NCBI GenBank assembly: GCA_963782115.1 | Contig: CAWAIK010000003.1 | Coordinates: 352,001-416,000 of the forward strand | From: an uncultured Verrucomicrobiae bacterium | GTDB taxonomy: Bacteria > Verrucomicrobiota > Verrucomicrobiia > Chthoniobacterales > JAFAMB01 | Direction of reading: 5' to 3' | Length of the DNA: 64,000 nucleotides | In this document: positions 33,834 through 42,779 of the stretch, in pieces | Layout of the letters: every line of letters begins with the position of its first letter | Numbering within the stretch: the first letter of the stretch is position 1 | Position numbers and translations under genes: made by a program | The notes under the pieces: generated by a model | Databases searched by the model: none | What the model was told of the DNA's origin: nothing | The model's input: only the letters and a program-made list of their open reading frames with translations

Positions 33834-35069
33834 CTAGAGATGGTGGTACAATTCGATCAACGGCCCATAAACCGCAGAGGCGATTACTCCGATCAGCACG
33901 GCCAAAAACAGGATGATAAGCGGTTTTGCAATCGTTTCGGCGCGTACAACAGTATTATCGAGGTCTCGGTTCATGACGACTGCGAGGCGCTCGAGCATGG
34001 CCACATCAGCCCCAGTCTCTTCCAAGACCCTCAGATACTCGATCGTGCGCTGGCCCAGAATGTCTATTTCTTCTCCCAACGCAGCGCCGAGCGATTCGCC
34101 ATTGGCGACACGGCGGTAGGCGCGCGTTATTGCGGCCCGGTAGGGATAGCACCAACTGATGCCTTGAAGGAGCAGCAGACACTTTAAGCTGTCTACCTTG
34201 GATTTTTTCAAAGTGGCCAGCGTCTGAACGAAATTGGCCCGGATAGAAGCCAAAACCAGATTTTCAACGAACGGTACCTTCAAGATCCATTGGTGCAGCA
34301 TCGGCGTGGATCTGATCAGGGACGGCAAACGCATGAGAAGGTAAATGAGGGCACCGATTGCAAACAAATAAACAAGCGGATACGCTCCGACGAATTTTCC
34401 TACCTCGATAGTCAACTTAGATTGCCAGGGCAGCTCGCCTTTGAAATATTGCAGGACCTTTCCCAGCTGCGGGAGAGGCCCGGTGGCCAATTGGTAAACG
34501 ACAATTGCCGCGATCGCCAGCACCACGATCGGGTAGAGGGAAACCGAGACGATTTTGTCCCGGACCTTTTCTTCGCGTGTCGTCAATTGGCGGATGGCGC
34601 CAAACGCTTCCGACAAGGAACCCGAGTGCTCTCCGGCATCGACCAAACCCATTGCAACCTGGCCGAAGAGATTTGGGTACTGGCTGGCTGACTCGCTCAA
34701 CGATTGGCCTTGCTGAAGTCTCTTGCACAAGTCGCCGGCGATCTGTTTGAGTGGGTTTTTTGACGTAATGCAAGGCAGGAATCCCGTGGTTTTTTCCGCC
34801 GTCGTGATGTGCGCGATTTCGACCGCGCGCGCTGGGTCAAATCCCAGAGAAGAAGACGATTCCAACTGTTCGAAAAACAGGACTTTGTCCAGCGGTTTAA
34901 TCTGCTTTCTCGCTAAGGCCGGCAATTCCCGGTTATCCAAAACGTCTACCACCGCTTGCCTGCGCTCCAGAAGATGAAGCGTTAGCTCCATCGGTGAGGA
35001 GGCCGCCATCCTCAGTATCCGGTATGGACCATGTTTGCGGTCCTGAAAGACGGCTGTAAATTGGTGCAT
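33834..35069 (-). CDS. GspF/PilC inner-membrane platform protein
   Basis: GQSLSE...AGEHSGSL, SLYP + TM, duplicated domain GESLGAAL...EETG, three TM helices. Confidence 0.92.
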   Translation of the reverse strand: MHQFTAVFQDRKHGPYRILRMAASSPMELTLHLLERRQAVVDVLDNRELPALARKQIKPLDKVLFFEQLESSSSLGFDPARAVEIAHITTAEKTTGFLPCITSKNPLKQIAGDLCKRLQQGQSLSESASQYPNLFGQVAMGLVDAGEHSGSLSEAFGAIRQLTTREEKVRDKIVSVSLYPIVVLAIAAIVVYQLATGPLPQLGKVLQYFKGELPWQSKLTIEVGKFVGAYPLVYLFAIGALIYLLMRLPSLIRSTPMLHQWILKVPFVENLVLASIRANFVQTLATLKKSKVDSLKCLLLLQGISWCYPYRAAITRAYRRVANGESLGAALGEEIDILGQRTIEYLRVLEETGADVAMLERLAVVMNRDLDNTVVRAETIAKPLIILFLAVLIGVIASAVYGPLIELYHHL

Positions 35070-35232
35070 ACAAATACTTCAAACGTTTTAATCCACCTGT
35101 TTTCTTCGACTTTCGCTGAATCCCGAAACAGAAGACAAGCTAATTTCTCTTTTTACCTTTTAAAAAAAGAAGGCGAAGTTGTTGATTTATTAGCCTGGAA
35201 GCAGTTCGCGCAAAACACACGGGGAACACCGA

Positions 35233-35682
35233 TCATCCTCCGCCGTCCGCGAAAGTGATCATTTGTACGATTGGTTGCATGTCAGCCGAAATATGAGTTA
35301 GGTCCACATGTTTGTCGATCGTCACTCCGCTCGAGAATGTTCCGTAGTCGGTAACTGTGCGCCCGGTCCCGGCAAGCAGCTGATTTTCCCCCGTTACAGG
35401 AACTCCCATAGCCGTGAGGTAAGGTTCAAGAACTGCAAAGCTGGCCGCGCTGGTGTCACTTATCGCAGGATTATCCATCAAATAGCGCGCTTTGGCGTCC
35501 TGGATTTCCCGGACGGCGTTACAGAGTTGAGTGGCTACGCTTTTATCCCTTGACCCCACGATGACGGAACTGATGCTTGCGGCTATCGAAGCGATGATCG
35601 CTATGGCGACAAGAACCTGGATCAGGCCCTCGCCTCGCTCGTGGAATCTGTTGATATCCTTCCAATAATTCTCTGTTTTCAT
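35233..35682 (-). CDS. Putative major pilin/pseudopilin with atypical signal
   Basis: MKTEN...ERG/EGLIQVLVAIAIIASIAA; C..VREIQDAK..Y..DNP resembles the pilin at 42257. Confidence 0.75.
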   Translation of the reverse strand: MKTENYWKDINRFHERGEGLIQVLVAIAIIASIAASISSVIVGSRDKSVATQLCNAVREIQDAKARYLMDNPAISDTSAASFAVLEPYLTAMGVPVTGENQLLAGTGRTVTDYGTFSSGVTIDKHVDLTHISADMQPIVQMITFADGGG

Positions 35683-36178
35683 AGAAATCAGGCGAGTAAA
35701 TCTACGGGTTTCAGCCCTCGGTAGAATCGCCGGCTTGTTGTTGCAATAGTTGTAGCCGTCTGTCTGTCCGCTGGATCCGGCGACAATATTTGAAACTAAT
35801 TCTTGGATGGTTGTGCTGAAAGTTTGGCGCTGATTGGAACCTCTGCCTGAAGCTTTAATGGCCAGCACCGGCATGTTCGATCTTGCGGGACTCCCCCCTC
35901 GACAATGTCGAGATTCCGCCTGATCCGCCCACGCAGGATCCGTCCTGATCGTGCCGGGCTTTATCTTTCCAGGAGACTGGACCAAGACTTTCAGAGCCCG
36001 AGACTGAGCAAGCATCTCCGGGTGAGTCCCTGATTTGTCTTTCAACGTAGTGCATTTCTGTACTTCTTGGTCTGTCCAACCTTGGCTGTATTTCTATAAG
36101 CTCGGCGGTTTTTGGGTAGTTAACTCGCTTAAGTACGTAAAACCTCAATCGTTGTATACGTCTGAATTACTTGCAAGA

Positions 36179-36946
36179 TTATTTCGAAGATTCCAGAGGT
36201 TGCAAGACTATAATGTTGACCTCGCCCGCTATGGATAGAACAAAGGGTGTCTTGTCGGGAAGGAAACAGTAGCGGCCATCTCGCACAACTGCTTGCCTCT
36301 GTAGACTTTCGCTTTCGCAGGAGGTCTCCTTTCCTTGGATCCCGTGAAAACCGGTGTCCGCGTCTTGCACTTCTGCGTGAACGCGCACTTCGCGGTTGTC
36401 GGCAATAATCGACCAATTCCCCTGCGAATCCACTCTCCCGCTATCGGGGTCTATATGGGCGATGCCAGCAACTTTGCTCCCGGCTGCAATCAAGATCTTG
36501 CCCGCCGACGCGACATCTTCAGTTATAACGCCTTTCATAACAATGCGTTCGCCCCGAGACGCATTGCTAATATAACCCTCTGTCCGACATTGGATCAATA
36601 AAGTCTGGGTGGCCTGGCTCTGTTGGTGGCAGGATATTGAAAGCATTGTCATGACGTTAGGTTTGCCTGTTTCTGGTGAGCGTTGAAGGGGCCTAGTTGC
36701 GGTAGGAGCCAAGGCCGGCGGGGTCTCTTGAAGAGATGCCCGCAGGAGCTTTGCGAACACGTCTGTTCTCCGGTACGCCAAGCCCTTATCCGCTGGCGCC
36801 TGAAAGACTATTGCCAATATCGGTCTGGGAAGAGCAGCGGTTGACACCTTCTTGGTCACAATGTCGTCCTGAACTTCTGCTGGGAGGCTTAGAACGGCAG
36901 CCAAGGAAACCGCTAGAGGCGCAAAGCACCATCTCAAGATATTCAT
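36179..36946 (-). CDS. TrbI/VirB10-like beta-barrel domain protein with signal peptide
   Basis: LIQC, GVITEDVASAGKILIAAGSKVAG, GIQG and DGRY...F follow the VirB10/TraB C-terminal pattern. Confidence 0.6.
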   Translation of the reverse strand: MNILRWCFAPLAVSLAAVLSLPAEVQDDIVTKKVSTAALPRPILAIVFQAPADKGLAYRRTDVFAKLLRASLQETPPALAPTATRPLQRSPETGKPNVMTMLSISCHQQSQATQTLLIQCRTEGYISNASRGERIVMKGVITEDVASAGKILIAAGSKVAGIAHIDPDSGRVDSQGNWSIIADNREVRVHAEVQDADTGFHGIQGKETSCESESLQRQAVVRDGRYCFLPDKTPFVLSIAGEVNIIVLQPLESSK

Positions 36947-37087
36947 GTGGACTGTTCGTTATTTTGACATCCTTCCTATCTCCGCTTCGGAGTTGAGAAA
37001 GGGGCTTCCCTTTAAGATAGGATTTAGGTCCTATCCTCAAAGAATTTTCGCCGTATCGCGTTAAAGCCCGGGCCCTCGAACACGCCG

Positions 37088-37117
37088 CTTATAGCGGTTC
37101 ACCATATCGTATGTCAA
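37088..37117 (-). promoter_or_regulatory. Sigma70-type promoter for the virB10-like/pilus operon
   Basis: TTGACA-N18-TATAAG on minus strand; -10 lies within the inverted repeat CCGCT-TAT-AGCGG. Confidence 0.5.
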
Positions 37118-37325
37118 ACTCTTTCTTTTCAGTTGTATCCCAGTGCGTCTTAGACGCCTGCCGGGCTAATAACGCTGGAAATGAAACTACAACTTGGCAG
37201 CTTTGAACACCGTATGCTTCCCTCCTTTTTCTGCGCGCCTTCCTGAGTCCGCAGCTTCACGGCTATCGGCAAGAGGAAGGGAACGAAACTGATCGCCAGA
37301 GCGATGAGGAGGATGTCTAAAGAAT

Positions 37326-37769
37326 CTAGCGCGAACGGAATCGATTAGCCAGGGCCCTTGTGATGGCCTCCTTTACGACAGGATGCCTCAACGCCCATCG
37401 GTACTGGAACACCTTGTTTTCGTATTGTTCTGCATACTGGAGGTCGAGTGCAGCCTCGAGGCGGGCCAGCGAGATCTTGCCGGGGATTTTTTCTTCGACT
37501 TCGTCGAGAATTTCCAGGCAATACTGTATCACCAGCCTTACAGCCCTTTGTGAGATGTCATCCATCTCTTGGGTGCAGACGCGGAAAAACGTTTGCCAGT
37601 TCAGCTTTTGAATTCCATCCAGCCAAGGCTCCTTTCCGACAAAGAATGTGAACCCAGTTGCATCCTTCTCGGCTAAAAATTCATCCAGCGAAAGGGAGGT
37701 GCCACGGGTATTGCTAAAATTCCAGCGCGTCTCCCCAGCCCTAGATTGCCTGGCAGTAGCTCTAACCAT
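37326..37769 (-). CDS. Hypothetical protein
   Basis: 147-aa ATG-initiated helical ORF, divergent from the rep-like gene. Confidence 0.6.
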   Translation of the reverse strand: MVRATARQSRAGETRWNFSNTRGTSLSLDEFLAEKDATGFTFFVGKEPWLDGIQKLNWQTFFRVCTQEMDDISQRAVRLVIQYCLEILDEVEEKIPGKISLARLEAALDLQYAEQYENKVFQYRWALRHPVVKEAITRALANRFRSR

Positions 37770-38104
37770 TATAGGTAGGAATGCGTTTTGAAGTTTCCGT
37801 ATTGAGAGATGCCCTTAAATTAAATTTTCTCCGATTTGTAAAGATCAATGATGCTTCTGGCGGGACAAAAGCCGGAAATTTCGAAGCGCCAGGTGCGCTC
37901 ACGTCGTCATGAAATCAAAGTCGACGGCCCGACACTCCGACGCTCGCGCATCCCACCGCTCAAGCGGCGCGGCGGACTTTCGGAAGTCCTTTTCCTGTAA
38001 ATCTTGCTCGCGATCAGAAAAGCTCGCCTTCATCCCTGGATTTCGTGTGCAATCCTGGCTTACATGTATGACAAAACTGACCCTCAAGGAGGAAACTCGG
38101 AAGA

Positions 38105-38896
38105 GTGAAAAAGAGTCAAACCCCGCAAGGCTCTGGCAGAAAGACGCCTCCCCATTTGGAACTCTCGTTACCGACGGTTGAAGAACAAGGTATCCTCGAG
38201 AGCTTCTCCAAGCTTCCGCAGACAGAGCGCGATATTGTCCGGCGGCTCTTAGAAAACTTCGGTCCGCAGCAGACCGGGATAATTAGGCTCCGCGTTCCCT
38301 TCGGTGCCAAACAGGTCAACGAGCGCCGTAAATTTCTTTTGCCGGTATACAGGCTGATTCGCTATCATCGTCTGGTTTTCGATAGTGTCGCGGATGGCGC
38401 TCTCCGCTCGACCTACTTACCTTGGCTTGAATCTATCACGCATGTTAAGGCTGGAGAACAGGAAGAACTGGAGCTCAAACTGAATAGCAATTACGAGCAA
38501 ATCTGGCGTAATTTGAAGAACCACTTAGGCGAGTCTGGCGTACGGCTCAAAAGCCAATACTCCACTCGACTGTATCAATGGGCAAAGCAGCACTTGGCGG
38601 TCGGATACAGGCGGGTGAGCTTGGCTACTCTCCGTACGGTTTTAGGATTGGAGGATATCCGGGATAGTTCAGGAAAACTGCTGCAGGAAGCGCCGCTCGA
38701 GTCTTGGGCAAACGTCAAACAACGCGCGCTCGATCACGCTCTTAAAGAAATCAACACACACACCGACATTTCGCTGGAGGTGGAGTTTACCGGAAGGGGC
38801 CGCTATCGCAAGGTGCAGAGCTTGGGTTTTCGAATCACACCAAACAAACACTCAAGGCAAGGAGGCGCCTTAGTTAGCGCGTCCAGGACGTTGTAG
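38105..38896 (+). CDS. Rep_3/RepB-type replication initiation protein homologue
   Basis: LKSQYSTRLYQW, SLATLRTVLG, KQRALDHALKEIN..TDI and GR..KV.SLGFRI match the Rep_3 WH2 pattern. Confidence 0.85.
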   Translation: MKKSQTPQGSGRKTPPHLELSLPTVEEQGILESFSKLPQTERDIVRRLLENFGPQQTGIIRLRVPFGAKQVNERRKFLLPVYRLIRYHRLVFDSVADGALRSTYLPWLESITHVKAGEQEELELKLNSNYEQIWRNLKNHLGESGVRLKSQYSTRLYQWAKQHLAVGYRRVSLATLRTVLGLEDIRDSSGKLLQEAPLESWANVKQRALDHALKEINTHTDISLEVEFTGRGRYRKVQSLGFRITPNKHSRQGGALVSASRTL

Positions 38897-39388
38897 CGCA
38901 AGCCAAAGCCATGGAGAGCATCCGTCCCAAGCCTCTAGAACCCCCTTGCCAGGGACCCTGAGTGCCACGACCACAGCGAAGGTGATAGCCTATTGTTTGT
39001 TGAAAAAAGGGGAGGGCCCAACATTTGAGCGTGGAGTTTTTTTAAAAAAAACTTTTGCAGAGCAACGTGGTTTCCTATTAGATGGGAGTGTTAATCTAAT
39101 GGGAACCTCCGGCTAGTGGTTGAAGGTTGGCCAAGTGCGGAAGCGCTGTTGAGACAGGCGATATCGGGGCAAAACCAATCCGCGAGCGGGAAAGCTCAAT
39201 GCGCAAGCGAGAGCCGCAGAGAACATCAGACGTAAACTTTTTAGAACCCTTTGGATTTATCCAAGGGGAGGTTCCGTAAGCAACAAAAAGTAACAAGAGT
39301 GTGTGAAACGCGTGTCCCTGATTTGCAAAGCATGAGCACCAACGGCATTCCTCAAACCTAAAGGAGTGGAGCTCCTACCTCAGACTGT

Positions 39389-40558
39389 ATGAATCGGCAT
39401 TTGATTCTTTTTTTTACCCCGTATCTAAGTGCAACATTTTGTATTTTAAGTTGTTATTCCCAGGAATCGGACCCCGTTAAAACCGACCCTGACCTGAGCA
39501 AGAAGGTGGTCCGCACGACTCTCAATCAGAGCGAACCAGCCGTAGTAAGGGTCGGCCTGCAAGGAATAACGACGCTGGAGTTTCCGGCGAAAATCGAGGC
39601 GATCAATGGATATGGTTTTGCGGTGCAGCCGAAACCGGACACCGATAAATTCCAACTTATCTACGATAAGGGAACGAACTTCCTGTCACTCAAGGCCTTG
39701 AGAGCAGACGTTCGCGCAAATCTTACCGTGGTACTGAATGAAAAAGTGTACTGCTTCTATTGCGAGGAAGCGAGTGACCCGAGTTTCGTGGAGATCTTTG
39801 GAGCGCCCGGCGAGAACAGATTTGTAGCGACGGGCGAGCCGCAGACACCGGCTTCCGATAAAACGGCTGCCAGCCGGGATCGGCTGCTTAGCTTCCTGGA
39901 CCAAGTAAAGACCTATTCCGCTCTCCAGACCAGTTCGCCGGATTCGATCGCTTCTCTAAGGGCTGTCGAACCAAATAAGCGAGCGACGGTTGGTCAAATC
40001 GAGACTGTGATCAAGCGCGTGGTCTCCGATCGGTCCCTCGGTTTAACAGGCTTCGAGGTCCAGCTTGGCAATAGGAGTCAGTCGGATTTTTATTTTGATC
40101 CCGAAGGATTTTCCGTCCGGGTCGGCGATGCAAGATACGACGCATGTATTTCGGATGCCGGCGGAATTGTGCCGGCACAGACATCGGTTCCGGTGTTTTT
40201 TGTCGTGACAGGAGCAGCCACGAATGGAGGCCCGAATGATCTGTCAGTAGACCAGGATTTCGACCTGCTGATGCGCCCGACGAATTCTGGCGCAAACGCC
40301 AATTTGGCAGCGACTTTCACGGAACCGCCCGTTGATCATCTCCCGACGGCCGCCGACGCCGCTAAAGATGAGAACAAGGCCGACAATGCCGGAAAGGGAG
40401 ACCTCAGGAAGGCGGATAAAGAGCCGAAGAAGAAGAATAAGAATAAGGAGGTCTCTGCGCAAGTTAACGCTAAGGACCACACGAACAAACCACAGGAGCC
40501 TGCGCCCAAGAAACACTGGCTTGATCTGTTTAGACGCAATACTGTCACGGCCCAATAG
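39389..40558 (+). CDS. VirB9/TrbG/TraK-like exported protein
   Basis: Signal peptide; VRVG..GITTLEFP..IE, NFLSLKAL, ANLTVVLNEKVY; second beta-rich domain; Lys-rich tail. Confidence 0.55.
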   Translation: MNRHLILFFTPYLSATFCILSCYSQESDPVKTDPDLSKKVVRTTLNQSEPAVVRVGLQGITTLEFPAKIEAINGYGFAVQPKPDTDKFQLIYDKGTNFLSLKALRADVRANLTVVLNEKVYCFYCEEASDPSFVEIFGAPGENRFVATGEPQTPASDKTAASRDRLLSFLDQVKTYSALQTSSPDSIASLRAVEPNKRATVGQIETVIKRVVSDRSLGLTGFEVQLGNRSQSDFYFDPEGFSVRVGDARYDACISDAGGIVPAQTSVPVFFVVTGAATNGGPNDLSVDQDFDLLMRPTNSGANANLAATFTEPPVDHLPTAADAAKDENKADNAGKGDLRKADKEPKKKNKNKEVSAQVNAKDHTNKPQEPAPKKHWLDLFRRNTVTAQ

Positions 40559-40564
40559 TCGCCA

Positions 40565-41839
40565 ATGCAGCAAGGAAAAAACTCTGGGTTCACGGGAACC
40601 GTCGAACGGCTGCAGCTACAAGACATCATTCAGATGGCTTGTCTTGCTGCAACTACCTCGACGATCGCAGCATTTCGCGGAAATCAGAAAGGATATCTCT
40701 ACATCAACCGTGGGTATCCGGTGCATGCTACTGCCGCCGGGCTAACCGGCCAGGCGGCCTTGAACGAACTGATTTCGTGGAGCGGCGGCAGGTTTGATTT
40801 GCGTCGTGGGATCCCGCCAAATTTACCGCGAACATTGTCGGGAAATCTTGATGCGATGCTGCTCGAAGCGATGCGTGTGTTGGATGAACAATCGCAGGGC
40901 GAGGCAGACGATGATCGAGCCGGAAAAGGCCAGGTGGAGCTCTCCCGAGGGAGCGCCGCCGCCGTTCTGGAGCTAATTTACGCGCGGCGCAGGCAGGAAC
41001 GTTGGTTGGCGAGAGCACGCAAGATTCTCCTTAATGTTGTAGGCCTCTCTTTAGGAATATTGGTTCTGTATTTCATCTTTCGAGGAGATCTGATACGGGA
41101 TCGATTGGCTAACGAGTTCCTGCCATATCTCAAGAGCTCTAGTGAGCGACTAGCGGGCAAATCGTATGGTCCGCCGGTCAAAGTCGAGGCAGGAGAATTT
41201 TTTTACCAAGATGGCGAGAGGAAAAGTTTGCCGGCCTATGACATTGATCCGGTAGAAGTCACGATCGCGCAATACGCCGAGTTTCTCGCGGCGGTAGGAT
41301 TGAGCACCGAGTACGATCACCCCAGTCAACCTGTGAATAAGGGTCATTCAAACCCGAAGTGGAGTGAACTCTATCAGGCAGCCGTTTCCGACCGGCTTTA
41401 CGAAGGAGCGCACCTCACACTCAATGATCCCGCCGTCTATGTCGATTGGTATGATGCATGGGCGTTCGCACAATGGAAACGTCGGCGCCTGCCCAGCGAG
41501 GAGGAATGGGAAAAAGCCGCTCGGGGAACCGACGGCCGGAGATTTCCGTGGGGATCGGAGGAAAAAGAAGGAGCTGCAAATATTTATGAGGGAGACGCCG
41601 CCAAAAAATGGTCTGAACCGACTGTCTTTCCTTTGGATCTCAGTGTTTATGGCGTTTACGATATGGCTGGAAATGTATCGGAGTGGACGGCAACGTTCGA
41701 TCCCACGAGTGGCCAACCGGTCGTCCGAGGGGGAAATTTCGGGAACTCGAGCGCAGATATCACTCGACGCGTTGTCAATCAACCTTGCATGACACAGAGC
41801 GATCGGATCGGTTTCCGAACGGTCGGGAGGAGACAATGA
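40565..41839 (+). CDS. DUF4388 (PATAN) - TM - FGE/sulfatase-modifying domain protein
   Basis: FTGTVERLQLQDIIQM...AMLLEAMRVLDE; TM helix; EVTIAQY, RLPSEEEWEKAARG, DMAGNVSEW, GFRT. Confidence 0.88.
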   Translation: MQQGKNSGFTGTVERLQLQDIIQMACLAATTSTIAAFRGNQKGYLYINRGYPVHATAAGLTGQAALNELISWSGGRFDLRRGIPPNLPRTLSGNLDAMLLEAMRVLDEQSQGEADDDRAGKGQVELSRGSAAAVLELIYARRRQERWLARARKILLNVVGLSLGILVLYFIFRGDLIRDRLANEFLPYLKSSSERLAGKSYGPPVKVEAGEFFYQDGERKSLPAYDIDPVEVTIAQYAEFLAAVGLSTEYDHPSQPVNKGHSNPKWSELYQAAVSDRLYEGAHLTLNDPAVYVDWYDAWAFAQWKRRRLPSEEEWEKAARGTDGRRFPWGSEEKEGAANIYEGDAAKKWSEPTVFPLDLSVYGVYDMAGNVSEWTATFDPTSGQPVVRGGNFGNSSADITRRVVNQPCMTQSDRIGFRTVGRRQ

Positions 41840-41929
41840 AAAAAACGGCGCTTTTTTTCCTCTTTCAGAATGGATCCGCGCATGCCCCCTGGGAAGCTCC
41901 ACCTGGCCTGGTGTAGCTGCAAAATTTTG

Positions 41930-41959
41930 TTGACTTAACTTATTATAAAACGTTTTATA
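41930..41959 (+). promoter_or_regulatory. Promoter-like region with a perfect 16-bp palindrome
   Basis: TTGACT at 41930; TATAAAACGTTTTATA at 41944-41959. Confidence 0.5.
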
Positions 41960-42074
41960 TATTGCGTTGCTCTACCCACGATAAAACCGCGTCTGAAAAA
42001 GCATGGAAAGCCACGCCGTGCCACCCGACAACAATGCCAGGATCCTCCGCGCTTTACCCCTTTAGATTTGGCCC

Positions 42075-42248
42075 ATGCGCGTTGCCACAGGATTTAACGG
42101 AGGGGCGATGCTCATCAATTTTGCTGATAAGGTAGCCGAAATTGAAATAACGGGCTCTGCGCTAACAGAGGAAAATGTTCTGAAGGCGGCAGATTTGATT
42201 TGTTCCAATCTAATGCGACAGCTGTCCGAAAGGCTCGGACTGGAATAA
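42075..42248 (+). CDS. Small hypothetical protein, 57 aa, below the ORF-track cutoff
   Basis: MRVATGFNGG...LSERLGLE*, ending 8 nt before the pilin ORF. Confidence 0.4.
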   Translation: MRVATGFNGGAMLINFADKVAEIEITGSALTEENVLKAADLICSNLMRQLSERLGLE

Positions 42249-42256
42249 GTTGAACA

Positions 42257-42745
42257 ATGACGGCTCCCATTCCTAATTTGGGTAGATGGCGACTCAAGTG
42301 CTGCTTTCTTGATCTTGTAACCGCTTTGAAGCCGCCGCCCCAGCGCGCAAGTGTCGGTGGGTTCACGAAAAAACGAGTAACGCAGAGCTGGCAGAACAAA
42401 AGCAATAGGGGCTTCACCCTCCTTGAGATCCTCGTCGTCCTCGTCATTTGTGCTTTCGCCGCAGCTGCCATTTGTCTTGGCGTAACCCAAGCTATTAGCG
42501 ATAGCAAAGGCAGGGAATGTGCGGCTAATCTTGCGACCATCGAAGGCGCGAAGGACGAGTTTTCCCGAGATAATCCCGGCGTTGCGCTGACCACTCTGGA
42601 TCAACTGAAACCTTACTTGCGATACGGCGTACCAACATGTCCGGCAGGCGGCACCTACGCCAATATCCTCAATTCCAACCAGCCGTGCACCTGCAGTTTG
42701 GGCACTACTGGTAAGCCGGGATTTCACAGTCTCGCGCAACCCTAA
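42257..42745 (+). CDS. Type IV pilin/pseudopilin (GspG/ComGC-like); start may be TTG at 42326
   Basis: NRG/FTLLEILVVLVI; CAANLATIEGAK; CPAGGTY. Confidence 0.88.
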   Translation: MTAPIPNLGRWRLKCCFLDLVTALKPPPQRASVGGFTKKRVTQSWQNKSNRGFTLLEILVVLVICAFAAAAICLGVTQAISDSKGRECAANLATIEGAKDEFSRDNPGVALTTLDQLKPYLRYGVPTCPAGGTYANILNSNQPCTCSLGTTGKPGFHSLAQP

Positions 42746-42779
42746 TCTTCGTAGCGCATCAAACGAGGGGCTTGAAACG

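Noticed and set aside
35683..36045. 121-aa N-terminal extension of the pilin (270-aa ORF)
   Set aside because: The prepilin motif sits close behind the ATG at 35682; the extension is not protein-like
39150..39230. c-di-GMP-I riboswitch upstream of the virB9-like gene
   Set aside because: GGCAAAACC is suggestive, but the GACGCAAAG and P2 consensus could not be matched
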